Positions 18,626 to 27,842 of a stretch of DNA of 64,000 nucleotides are shown one piece after another. The notes beneath the pieces were generated by a model. That model was not told the origin of the DNA. It was given only the letters and a program-made list of their open reading frames with translations, and did not search any database. Position 1 is the first letter of the stretch. Every line of letters starts with the position of its first letter. The position numbers were made by a program, and so were the translations under genes. This DNA is from Candidatus Woesebacteria bacterium RIFCSPHIGHO2_02_FULL_42_20 (GTDB lineage Bacteria; Patescibacteriota; Microgenomatia; UBA8517), in assembly GCA_001792535.1 (NCBI GenBank), contig MGGS01000013.1, forward strand, positions 692 through 64,691, given 5' to 3'.

Positions 18626-20007
18626 AAGTTGACATGAACAAATTAAAATCTATAAACCCTTCAAACAAAGAACTCCTCGGAGAAATTGAGATTTCCTCGG
18701 AAGCAGAAATAAAGAGGAAAGTTGCAAACGCACAAAAAGCAAAAGAAGCATGGAAGTCTTTGGGTTTGGAAAAAAGAGTGAAAATTCTTAGAGAAATTTC
18801 GCAAAACCTTGTCAGTCGAAAAGAAGAAATTGCCGTTTTGGTTTCCAAGGAAATGGGAATGCCGATCAACGATAGTAGGTACGATGTTGATGATTCTGTT
18901 CGTTACTTTAACTGGTATTTAGATAATGCAGAGGAGTACTTATCGCCGGAGGTTGTATACGATAGTGAATCTGTAAAACATACAGTCTATTACGAGCCAT
19001 TGGGTGTTGATGCCTCAATTGCCCCCTGGAATTTTCCATTATCAAACTTTGTTTGGCTGGTCGGACAAAATTTGATTGCAGGCAATTGTGTTGTCTTTAA
19101 GCATTCTGAAGAAGTTCCTTTGTTTGGAAAATTAATAGAAGAAATAATTAATAGTTGTGGTTTACCAGAAGGTGTTTTTTCAGAAGTTTACGGAGATGGG
19201 AAAGTTGGGGACTTTCTTGCTCGTCAGAACATTAACTTAATTTGCTTTACAGGAAGCACTAGGGCTGGGAAGTATCTTTACAAGGTCGGAGCCGAAAAGT
19301 TTATAAAGGTTCTTCTGGAACTGGGCGGTTCTGCACCAGGAGTTATTTTTGAAGATACGAGTATAGACAAAGTTCTAAACTCAATTTACTCCTCAAGGTT
19401 TGGGAACTGTGGACAGATGTGTGACGCGTTAAAGAGGCTAATAATACATGAAAGTAAGATGAACGAGGTTTTAGAAAAACTTAAAGCAAAACTTGAATCG
19501 CTAAAAATTGGGAATGCTTTAGACGAAAGTACTGAACTAGGACCTCTGGTTGCCGAAAGACAGATTAAGCTGTTAGAAGAGCAAGTTGGAGACGCATTAA
19601 GCAAGGGTGCGATGTTAGTTACTGGAGGCACAAGGCATAAGGGTTTGGAAGGGTTTTTCTATCTTCCAACAATTCTTATCAACATAAAGAGAAATATGAG
19701 AGTTTGGAAAGAAGAAATTTTCGGACCAGTTCTTCCGGTTGTTTCTTTCAAGAAAGAAGAGAAGGCAGTTGAGTTAGCAAATGATACATCTTACGGGCTG
19801 GGCGGATATTTGTACACAGAGGATAAAGAAAAAGCAAAAAGGGTAGCGTCAAAACTTCAGACAGGAATGGTTTCGATTAACGGTCTGAGTTATTTGCAAC
19901 CTTGTAGCCCCTTCGGAGGTTATAAGGACTCTGGAATCGGCAGAGAGCATGGACGATTCGGGTTTCATGATGTTACGCAAGTAAAGGTCGTGGCGGAAGA
20001 AAAATGA
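18622..20007 (+). CDS. NAD(P)-dependent aldehyde dehydrogenase
   Basis: ALDH-family signatures SIAPWNFP, FTGSTRAGK, LELGGSAP and catalytic Cys context FGNCGQMC; 461 aa. Start may be the internal ATG at 18634. Confidence 0.85.
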   Translation: MKVDMNKLKSINPSNKELLGEIEISSEAEIKRKVANAQKAKEAWKSLGLEKRVKILREISQNLVSRKEEIAVLVSKEMGMPINDSRYDVDDSVRYFNWYLDNAEEYLSPEVVYDSESVKHTVYYEPLGVDASIAPWNFPLSNFVWLVGQNLIAGNCVVFKHSEEVPLFGKLIEEIINSCGLPEGVFSEVYGDGKVGDFLARQNINLICFTGSTRAGKYLYKVGAEKFIKVLLELGGSAPGVIFEDTSIDKVLNSIYSSRFGNCGQMCDALKRLIIHESKMNEVLEKLKAKLESLKIGNALDESTELGPLVAERQIKLLEEQVGDALSKGAMLVTGGTRHKGLEGFFYLPTILINIKRNMRVWKEEIFGPVLPVVSFKKEEKAVELANDTSYGLGGYLYTEDKEKAKRVASKLQTGMVSINGLSYLQPCSPFGGYKDSGIGREHGRFGFHDVTQVKVVAEEK

Positions 20008-20240
20008 ATAAGATTAAAATTTTGGTTGAGGGATATGCGAGGGTGAATTCTGACGGAACCTGGGACTCGACGTCGTCGACTACGTGTTTGTAACGCATTA
20101 TCACCCTGGCCACTGCCCCGAACACGCGTCGCTTCTGGTTAATACCGAAAAAGGGAAAGTAGTTGTCGCGGCCGCAGAAAAAGGCTTTTGGAGATGGCAG
20201 ATTTTATAATCCCCGGCCACGGAAAGATATTTAAAGTAAG
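20005..20240 (+). pseudogene. decayed MBL-fold metallo-hydrolase gene (frameshifted, internally deleted)
   Basis: Three frames carry fragments MNKIKILVEGYARVNSDG... / ...LDVVDYVFVTHYHPGHC... (degenerate HxHxDH) / ...IIPGHGKIFKV (typical MBL C-terminus) within 236 bp. Confidence 0.45.
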
Positions 20241-20655
20241 ATGACGGAGTTAGCAGAGATAACAGAAGAATCTGTTGATCACTTTGTTACACAGTTGCAA
20301 GCAGACAGGGTCAGGGCACTTAGCCGTGTTGAACCTGGGTCTACTGCGGCCTCAGTGCTAGGAGATCTTTATCCTCTGCTTCATGGGCCACTCTATCCTA
20401 GAAGAAAAAGTGCAGAGATAGCAACAGCTTAATCTTTTTGCAGTTTTAGCAGAGCCGACTGCCGAGGTAGAACTCCCATATTTGGCTAGAGCAGTTCAGG
20501 CTTTCCAAAGACCGGGATTGGCTGTTAACTCTACGGCTCTTCTAGTAAATTGGCCGGCAAAAGCGTCAAGAACCCTGGAAGGCATTACTCATAACTCTTC
20601 GTTGAGAGATGAGATTGACAAAACAGGCATATTTAGTGAGATCGAAAATATGTAG
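20241..20655 (+). pseudogene. unidentified decayed ORF(s), locally GC-rich
   Basis: A 63-codon ORF (20241..20432) is followed in another frame by a 77-codon start-less open frame to 20655; both Ala/Arg-rich, unlike neighbouring genes. Likely a frameshifted remnant. Confidence 0.3.
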
Positions 20656-20660
20656 GGGAT

Positions 20661-20924
20661 ATGGAAAATCTGGATACTAAATTAAAGAGGTGGTTGGTAA
20701 AGTTTTTGGCGCGTCAAAGAAGCTACGTTGACGTGGACACGAGAATACTGGGGATTGAGGCAAATACAGAGTTGGCTATGAGACAGAAAATTGGGAGGAG
20801 GATGGCTGAAGTTTCAGGACCCGGTCTCTCGCTTGGTTTGACTACTGAGAATAATCCACAGCTATTAAGATGTTATGGTAAACACGTATATTTGGCAAAC
20901 ATAGACGTTAGGTCAAAACAGTGA
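20661..20924 (+). CDS. hypothetical protein (87 aa)
   Basis: ORF with ATG start directly after the decayed region; no recognisable motif. Confidence 0.3.
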   Translation: MENLDTKLKRWLVKFLARQRSYVDVDTRILGIEANTELAMRQKIGRRMAEVSGPGLSLGLTTENNPQLLRCYGKHVYLANIDVRSKQ

Positions 20925-20997
20925 TTAAAGAGTTGGAGTTTAAACTAACGAGTTCCCATTCCGACTCTTTTAAACACAGGAGACAACGACTGGCCGT

Positions 20998-21486
20998 TTA
21001 AGGGTGGGAAGCGATTTTGAGTGCATATTTAGCATAAAACTTCACGTGTTTTTTGAGATTGTATCTCGGGTCGTCTAACTCTTCTTTTGTAAACCATTTG
21101 TGTCTTACTACATGTTTGTCCCTTGATTTTTTAACAGTGCTAGCGGTTGTCAGAAAGTATCTGAAGCCAATATGAAAATGATTTTTGCCGGCCTCGTGGA
21201 TATCTGAAAATGTTGGTGTCACAATGTTATGACCTTTCAAATCACTAAAGATATTTTCCTCAGGAATACTCTTTCTAGGATCGATTAGCCCAATTTCATT
21301 TTTAGTTATTCCGGTTTCCTCTTCTATTTCACGAAAGATACTCCCTTCGATGTTTTCGTCGGGGTCGATATGACCTCCTGGTGGAAGCCAGAGATAATAT
21401 CTATCGTTATAAATCAGCAGAACTTTATTTTTTTTGACTATAAAACAACTTACTGTGTAATCGAGGTATTTGCTGGTATGCGCCAT
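20998..21486 (-). CDS. NUDIX hydrolase
   Basis: NUDIX box GGHIDPDENIEGSIFREIEEETGI (Gx5Ex7REUxEExGU). Confidence 0.8.
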   Translation of the reverse strand: MAHTSKYLDYTVSCFIVKKNKVLLIYNDRYYLWLPPGGHIDPDENIEGSIFREIEEETGITKNEIGLIDPRKSIPEENIFSDLKGHNIVTPTFSDIHEAGKNHFHIGFRYFLTTASTVKKSRDKHVVRHKWFTKEELDDPRYNLKKHVKFYAKYALKIASHP

Positions 21487-21925
21487 GGGGATATTGTAGC
21501 TTAATTTTATTTATACTTTCAACACAAAGCCATGCAGCCATTGCACCAAATCCTGTCTTGTTAATTTGAAAAGGCTTTATTTGTTTTATGTTTTTAATAA
21601 AGATCAGAAGACAATACTTTTTGTCTTTAAATAATTCGAAATAATATTTGATTTTTTCTTTTTCAATTCCGTCTTCTTTGCCAAACTTTTGTAAAATGTT
21701 TTTGGCTTCCGAAGGATTTAGATTTTCGAGCTGCAATACCTTTGCCACAGCAGCCTCTACTGTTACTGACTCACCTGAATTTTTGAAATAAACAACGTCG
21801 CCCGGTTTAATTTTATTCCACGGTGCTCGTTTGGTTTTGTACCAGCGGGATTCAATAGATTTTCTGCCATCAAGAATCTCTGGGATTAGCCCCCAAGATT
21901 TCTTCATTATGGCGACGTGATCCAT
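21425..21925 (-). CDS. ASCH/PUA-like domain protein
   Basis: N-terminal ESRWYKTKRAPWNKIKPGDVVYFK pattern typical of ASCH domains; 3' end overlaps the NUDIX gene start by 62 nt in another frame. Confidence 0.45.
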   Translation of the reverse strand: MDHVAIMKKSWGLIPEILDGRKSIESRWYKTKRAPWNKIKPGDVVYFKNSGESVTVEAAVAKVLQLENLNPSEAKNILQKFGKEDGIEKEKIKYYFELFKDKKYCLLIFIKNIKQIKPFQINKTGFGAMAAWLCVESINKIKLQYPHGAYQQIPRLHSKLFYSQKK

Positions 21926-21931
21926 TTAACT

Positions 21932-22207
21932 CTATTTTATTCTCCAATACTTAATCTGACCAAAGTAAATACACAAGGAAAATAAAACTGTTACAAAAAG
22001 TGTTGTAAACTCGGTAAAGAAGTAACCAATGTCAACTAATTCTTGATTGCCAGAAAGGCGGAGCGTGAAACCGATAACGAAACTGACTAAAGGAAAAACA
22101 AATATTGCCAGCTTTCCTAATTTCAGATTAAAGTTGCCAACAAAGTTTTTGATTAGTATTACAGTTGCAGTTAAGACTATTAATTCTACAGAAATGCTTT
22201 TTATCAT
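21932..22207 (-). CDS. small membrane protein (3 TM), unknown
   Basis: 91-aa hydrophobic ORF. Confidence 0.3.
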   Translation of the reverse strand: MIKSISVELIVLTATVILIKNFVGNFNLKLGKLAIFVFPLVSFVIGFTLRLSGNQELVDIGYFFTEFTTLFVTVLFSLCIYFGQIKYWRIK

Positions 22208-22270
22208 GGCTAACTGGCGAGTATAGCATTTAGAAAATTTATTATCTTTTAAAATTTATCGGTGGTTAAA

Positions 22271-23257
22271 CTAATTTGTATACTGAAAAAGTTCGGGGTT
22301 AATTTTCCAATCAGGCGTGGGATAGTTTGTCCCCCAAGCTTCTGGACTATCCACAGCATTAAAATAGGAGATTGTTTTAAGAAGAGGGTAATTATAACTA
22401 CTGTTTACAGCATCTAGAAACCATTCTTTCTGGAATTGGTCATCGCCCGTTACGCCAAACTCAGTGATTATTATTGGTTTATTATACACCTTGAAGATAT
22501 TGTATTTTTCTGAAAATATCTCGTCAAAATCTCTTACCTTTCCGTAATTGTCTATGTCCCATTTGGGGTATATAAAAACCGATAAGCCAATAAGATCAAC
22601 ATATTCGTTACCGGGCCAGTAATTGTTGGCGTTTTTGTGGCCAACCGGGGACCATATATAAAAGTTTTTTGAATCAATACTTCGGCATTTATCGACAAAA
22701 TATCTGAATGCGTATATAAAGCTGTCATGGTCTTCTTTTGCCCAGGGGTATCTTTCTGTTACGTTTTCCATTTCGTGACCCCAGCGGACAAATACTGGAT
22801 TTTTGGAATTTTTAAAATCAGCGCATATAGTGTCGATTTCTCCGTCATACAGCCCATCAACGATATCGGTTAGCAAAGAAGTGTTTTTTTCCTGGCTGCC
22901 GTCTTTGCTGAATGGCTCGACAGTAACCATTGGCCAGCGATTTTTTTGAAATACATTTTCGAAAAACTCATCAAGATTTCCCTTTCGGTACTCGTTCCAC
23001 TTAATAAATTGATGTTGAATTGCCATTGTGTTTACTTTATCAAAGTGGTCTTCAGGGTCGTAAACCCCGAAATTTATTGTAATATTTTTCCATTCTAGGT
23101 TGCAGTTTTTCTGCAAAGGTTTTAATCCGGAGTTACACAGGATTGATTTGTATCCCCAAGTAATTCCGCTAATGGCAGACGTGCCACGGGTTACAATTGC
23201 AGATATGGGAAATATGAACAAAACCAAACCGAAAATTATTAGTAGAAATCTTTTCAT
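22271..23257 (-). CDS. secreted clan GH-A glycoside hydrolase, GH26-like (beta-mannanase-like)
   Basis: Signal anchor; VRWGHEMEN (acid/base Glu in the W.R.GHE.N context of GH26) and IIITEFG (nucleophile Glu in an ITE motif). Start overlaps the upstream GT2 stop by 1 nt. Confidence 0.55.
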   Translation of the reverse strand: MKRFLLIIFGLVLFIFPISAIVTRGTSAISGITWGYKSILCNSGLKPLQKNCNLEWKNITINFGVYDPEDHFDKVNTMAIQHQFIKWNEYRKGNLDEFFENVFQKNRWPMVTVEPFSKDGSQEKNTSLLTDIVDGLYDGEIDTICADFKNSKNPVFVRWGHEMENVTERYPWAKEDHDSFIYAFRYFVDKCRSIDSKNFYIWSPVGHKNANNYWPGNEYVDLIGLSVFIYPKWDIDNYGKVRDFDEIFSEKYNIFKVYNKPIIITEFGVTGDDQFQKEWFLDAVNSSYNYPLLKTISYFNAVDSPEAWGTNYPTPDWKINPELFQYTN

Positions 23258-24837
23258 TATTTATTTTCTCCGTATAATTTATTCTCTCTAAGATGGTTTC
23301 CGATAATAGCAAAGAGTGAAAGTGTGTAGGTAAGAGCATTTAGTATTGCAAAATAGTAATAACCATAAACTCTGTTTGACGCGTTTCCAAGGAGTGTAAT
23401 ATAACTCGATAGAATAATTATCAAAAGATATGGCGTTAACATGAAAATGGGTAATGGTTTTTTACCTGACTCTCCCTTTGTAGTCACTTTAAAAGAGACT
23501 TCCTTGCGAGAAAGGCCGGCAAGTAAACCGTATAATACTCCTGCTAAAATCCACGGCCATCTGACTATCTGAAAAATAAATGTTTCCCAAGAGATAATTT
23601 TTGAGTTAACAGGCCTTAGCAACTGTATTTTTTTAATCCATAAAGTAATTCCTAAAGCAACAATGGTAGTTAGCCAAGAAATAAAACTAAATGTAATGTA
23701 AGTTACGTTAGCCCACGGCCTATTAGTTAGTATTGCAAATATAGGCAGGCCATATGCAAAAACCATTGTTGTTGAAAAAAGTGGATACCAAAGTTGGGAA
23801 AACAAAAATTGCACCTTAAGTTTCAGAGGCAAGCTTTTTATATATTTAGGGGTAATGGTTAGCAGAATTATGACCAAACTTCTTGTCCATTGAAATTCTT
23901 GTATCATGCTGTCTGGGAAACTTCCGGCACCGTCGCCATGAGCAATAGCCTCAAATGCGTGAACACCCTTCCAGCCAAATGAATTCATCATAAGCGTTGT
24001 TGAATGGTCCTCTGCCAGTTCAGGGCCTAAGCCCCCAATTTCCTTGAGTGCTTTGGTGCGTACGGCATAATGCGATCCGATACAAAGTGGCGCCCATCCG
24101 GAGTTATAACCCGCTTGCAGGGGGCCATGAAGTGTTGCTTCGGAGTAAAGCCTGGCTCTTGCAGCCCAGCTTTTGTCCGTATTGGCATCGCAAATACTCG
24201 GCGCTGATACATATCCGACTCTGGGATTTGCAAACGGCCGTAGCATTTCTTCCAGGTATCCCTGTTCCGGTACGTGGTCGGCGTCCATTTGAACAACGAA
24301 CTCGTAGTTATCATAACCCCAACGATCGTAAAAGTAAGCTAGGTTTCCCTCTTTGCATTTAGTCCTTCTCGGCCAATTCTCACGATGGTATTCTACAACC
24401 CCCTTTCTGGTTGAAATAAATACGCGTTTTTGTTTGCACCAAGCAATTACTTCGTCAGTGGGGTTTTCATCCGCAAGCCAAGTGTCGTGGGGATATTTTT
24501 GGTTAAGCATCGCAGTGAGTGTCTTTTTGACTATTTCAAAAGGTTCTGATGGCGCTTTTGTGACTACCATTGCAACTCTAAGATCATCTGGAATTGGAAG
24601 GGCGGGGTTTGGCTTTTTCATTCTCGAGGCGAAAAAGAAAAAATAGGCGGGCATTAGCATGTTCCAAGCAATCAGCAGGCTATTGAAGACAAAACTCAAT
24701 TTTCCGACTACATGTGAAGGGTCGAGCCACCAAATCCAAAAAACAGCAACAAAGAAAAGCCATAGGCTAAGTAATATATAAAAAACCACCCTTTGCCTTA
24801 GGTTCATGACATCAACAAGATATGGCACTCTTTTCAT
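23257..24837 (-). CDS. processive synthase-type GT2 glycosyltransferase (cellulose/chitin-synthase-like)
   Basis: Two N-terminal and four to five C-terminal TM helices; VVTKAPSEP, QMDADH (DxD), LAEDHSTT (TED) and IQEFQWTRS (QxxRW variant with Q replacing R). Confidence 0.7.
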   Translation of the reverse strand: MKRVPYLVDVMNLRQRVVFYILLSLWLFFVAVFWIWWLDPSHVVGKLSFVFNSLLIAWNMLMPAYFFFFASRMKKPNPALPIPDDLRVAMVVTKAPSEPFEIVKKTLTAMLNQKYPHDTWLADENPTDEVIAWCKQKRVFISTRKGVVEYHRENWPRRTKCKEGNLAYFYDRWGYDNYEFVVQMDADHVPEQGYLEEMLRPFANPRVGYVSAPSICDANTDKSWAARARLYSEATLHGPLQAGYNSGWAPLCIGSHYAVRTKALKEIGGLGPELAEDHSTTLMMNSFGWKGVHAFEAIAHGDGAGSFPDSMIQEFQWTRSLVIILLTITPKYIKSLPLKLKVQFLFSQLWYPLFSTTMVFAYGLPIFAILTNRPWANVTYITFSFISWLTTIVALGITLWIKKIQLLRPVNSKIISWETFIFQIVRWPWILAGVLYGLLAGLSRKEVSFKVTTKGESGKKPLPIFMLTPYLLIIILSSYITLLGNASNRVYGYYYFAILNALTYTLSLFAIIGNHLRENKLYGENK

Positions 24838-24920
24838 AAACGAAGCATGAATTATAACTAAGATTGGAAGGCTGCGTCAATATAGCAAAGAAATTCTCCA
24901 GGCGTGGTAAAATTAGATTC

Positions 24921-27842
24921 ATGGCGGAAGAAAAGAAATTGAACAAGGAACAAAAAGAGGCGGTTGGGTTTAGGGACGGGCCGCTTTTGATTATTGCCGG
25001 GGCTGGGACGGGTAAAACCACTGTTGTAACCGAGCGGATAAAGCGGTTGATTAGCAAAGGACTGGCAAAACCTCAAGAAATTTTAGCCTTGACTTTTACC
25101 GAGAAAGCCGCGCTCGAGATGGAGACCAGGGTCGACGAGATAATGCCTTACGGCTACACACAGATGTGGATTATGACTTTCCACTCCTTCTGCGATCGGG
25201 TTTTGCGTGCTGATGCGCTTCACGTTGGCTTGGATCCAAGATATAAATTGATGACTGAAGCGGATGCAATAGCTTTAATCCGCAGAAATCTCTTTAAATT
25301 GGAGTTGGAATATTTTAGGCCTTTGGGTAATCCGACCAAATTCGTAAGCGGTATACTGCAACATTTTTCGCGTCTTCAAGACGAAGATGTAGACCCAAGT
25401 GACTATCTCACTTGGGTAAATTCCAATTTTCAAATTCCAAATTCCAAATTAAGTCAAGAACAAAGAGTTGAGGGAAATAAATACAGGGAGTTGGCAAATA
25501 CCTACAGAAAGTATGAGGAGTTAAAAATCAAAGAGGGTGTCATGGATTTTGGGGACTTAATTACCAAAACCCTAAAACTTTTTCGCGATCGGCCGAATGT
25601 TTTAAAACAGTATAAGTCCAAGTTTAAGTACGTCTTGGTAGATGAGTATCAGGATACCAACATTTCCCAAAACGAGTTAGTCAAACTTTTGGTCGGTAAA
25701 GAGGGCAATATTACTGTTGTAGCGGATGACGACCAAGCGATTTACCGCTGGAGGGGCGCTTCGATCTCTAACGTTATTCAGTTCAGAAAAAGCTTTCCTG
25801 AAACACACGTTGTAACGCTGACGAAAAATTATCGTTCTACCCAAAAAATTCTGGATAAAGCCTACCAACTTATACAGAATAATAACCCCGACAGATTGGA
25901 GGTTGTTGAGAAAATAGGCAAAAAACTTGTATCACAAGTTGACAAGAATGGCGAGGATATTAACTTTATTCATAGAGACCGTATTGAAAACGAAGCAGAC
26001 AGCGTGGCGAAAGAGGTAATTCAACTGATTAAACTGCAGAAATATGATTATAAGGATATCGCCGTGCTCGTGCGAGCCAATAATCACGCAGATGCCTTTG
26101 CCAGAGCCTTTGCCTGGCAGGGTATCCCTTATCAATTTTTAGGCCCCGGAAGACTTTTTAGACAATCGGAAGTTGTTGACCTGGTTTCTTATTTGCGAGT
26201 TTTGTATAACTTTGAAGATTCAGTGTCCTTTTATAGAGTTTTATCGATTGATTACTTTGATATTCTTGCGCGTGATTTGGCAAAAATTGGAAATTATGCC
26301 AAGCGCTATAACTTAAGCTTGTTTGAAACCGTTGAAAAAATTGATGAAGTGTCGGTCGGCGAGGAAACCAAGGAAAAACTAAAGAAGATTATGTTACTGA
26401 TAAACAAGCACCTAAAACTTGTACGGCGTGAAACCACGGGCCAAATTCTTTATTACTTTTTGCAGGATAGCGGTTTACTACAAAATCTTATTAACCCCCA
26501 GTCACCTGAGGCTGAAAAACAGGCTAAGAATATATCAAAATTTTTTGACAAACTAAAAAACTACGAAGCGGAGCACGAAGACGCGACTATTCCGGCCGTC
26601 GTTGATTGGTTGGATTTATCCACCGAGTTGGGCGAGTCTCCTTTGGCTGCAGACACTGACAGGCCGGAAGTTGACGCGGTAAATATTCTGACTGTTCACG
26701 GAAGTAAGGGCCTAGAATTTCCCGTTGTATTCTTGGTTAACCTCGTCGGCCAGCGCTTTCCGTCGACAGAAAGGCAGGAGCAGATTCCAATTCCGGAGGA
26801 GTTGATCAAAGAAATTTTACCGCAAGGTGATTTTCATCTGCAGGAGGAGCGAAGGCTTTTTTATGTCGGAATGACTCGGGCGCGCGAGCGCCTGTATTTT
26901 TCGGCGGCAGATTACTATGGGGAAGGGAAGAGAGAAAAGAAGCTTAGCCCGTTTATTTTTGAAGCGCTTGGGGATGAAGCAATAGCCAGCGAGCCCTTCG
27001 GCGATGCTCAGGGTAAACAGCTAAGTTTTTTGGATTACGAGCCCACCAATCACCAATCACTAATTACTAATCACCGGCAAAATTTCCATATAGATTATCT
27101 CTCTTACTCCCAAATCGAGACTTTCAAGGTCTGTCCTTTGCACTATAAACTTGGGTATATTTTACGGATTCCTACTCCCCTGTCTGCATCACAAAGTTTC
27201 GGGACCTCAATACACACGACTTTGAAATACTTCTACGAGCAAGTTAAAAATGGTAGTAAATCTGCTGAAAAGCTTCTTTTAGATATTTATAAGGACTCTT
27301 GGGTTAAAGAAGGCTATACTAGTCGTGAGCACGAGAAGAAGTTTTTCGAAAAAGGTAAGGATTATTTAAAAGGCTATTTTAATGTGGAATTTGATTCGAA
27401 GGTGTTACCGGCACTCCTTGAACAGCGATTTACGATCCCGTTGGCAGAAGAAAGTGAACGACCTTTAAAAATCGGCGGTGTAATAGATCGAGTTGATGAA
27501 CATGAAGACGGGTCAGTTGAAATAATTGACTACAAGACAGGAGCAAATATACCTTCCCAAAAAGAGGTTGATAGTAATTTGCAAATGACTTTTTACGCAC
27601 TCGCTGCAGTGATGTTACAAGATAATCCGTTTAATAAGGACCCCAAGGATATCGCCTTGTCTTTATATTTTCTTGACAACCAGCAAAAAATTTCGACGAG
27701 GAAAACTAAAGAACAGCTGCAAAGCGCAATAAAAGAAATCTTTGAAATTAGAAAAGAGATAGAGCAATCAAACTTTACCTGCTCCGGCCACATGTTCTGC
27801 CGTAACTGTGAGTATAAACTGATGTGCAATATTGACAACTAA
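24921..27842 (+). CDS. UvrD/PcrA-type SF1 helicase fused to a C-terminal Cas4/AddB-like PD-(D/E)XK Fe-S nuclease
   Basis: Walker A AGAGTGKTT; helicase motifs DEYQDTN, TKNYRST, VHGSKGLEF, GMTRAR; C-terminal nuclease with one upstream Cys (CPLHY), the EIIDYKTG motif and terminal Cys triad CSGHMFCRNCEYKLMC. Start chosen at ATG 24921 (MAEEKK). Confidence 0.8.
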   Translation: MAEEKKLNKEQKEAVGFRDGPLLIIAGAGTGKTTVVTERIKRLISKGLAKPQEILALTFTEKAALEMETRVDEIMPYGYTQMWIMTFHSFCDRVLRADALHVGLDPRYKLMTEADAIALIRRNLFKLELEYFRPLGNPTKFVSGILQHFSRLQDEDVDPSDYLTWVNSNFQIPNSKLSQEQRVEGNKYRELANTYRKYEELKIKEGVMDFGDLITKTLKLFRDRPNVLKQYKSKFKYVLVDEYQDTNISQNELVKLLVGKEGNITVVADDDQAIYRWRGASISNVIQFRKSFPETHVVTLTKNYRSTQKILDKAYQLIQNNNPDRLEVVEKIGKKLVSQVDKNGEDINFIHRDRIENEADSVAKEVIQLIKLQKYDYKDIAVLVRANNHADAFARAFAWQGIPYQFLGPGRLFRQSEVVDLVSYLRVLYNFEDSVSFYRVLSIDYFDILARDLAKIGNYAKRYNLSLFETVEKIDEVSVGEETKEKLKKIMLLINKHLKLVRRETTGQILYYFLQDSGLLQNLINPQSPEAEKQAKNISKFFDKLKNYEAEHEDATIPAVVDWLDLSTELGESPLAADTDRPEVDAVNILTVHGSKGLEFPVVFLVNLVGQRFPSTERQEQIPIPEELIKEILPQGDFHLQEERRLFYVGMTRARERLYFSAADYYGEGKREKKLSPFIFEALGDEAIASEPFGDAQGKQLSFLDYEPTNHQSLITNHRQNFHIDYLSYSQIETFKVCPLHYKLGYILRIPTPLSASQSFGTSIHTTLKYFYEQVKNGSKSAEKLLLDIYKDSWVKEGYTSREHEKKFFEKGKDYLKGYFNVEFDSKVLPALLEQRFTIPLAEESERPLKIGGVIDRVDEHEDGSVEIIDYKTGANIPSQKEVDSNLQMTFYALAAVMLQDNPFNKDPKDIALSLYFLDNQQKISTRKTKEQLQSAIKEIFEIRKEIEQSNFTCSGHMFCRNCEYKLMCNIDN

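Noticed and set aside
24027-24362. Overlapping 95- to 104-aa ORFs on both strands inside the GT2 gene
   Set aside because: Internal to a well-supported GT2 coding region; no motifs.
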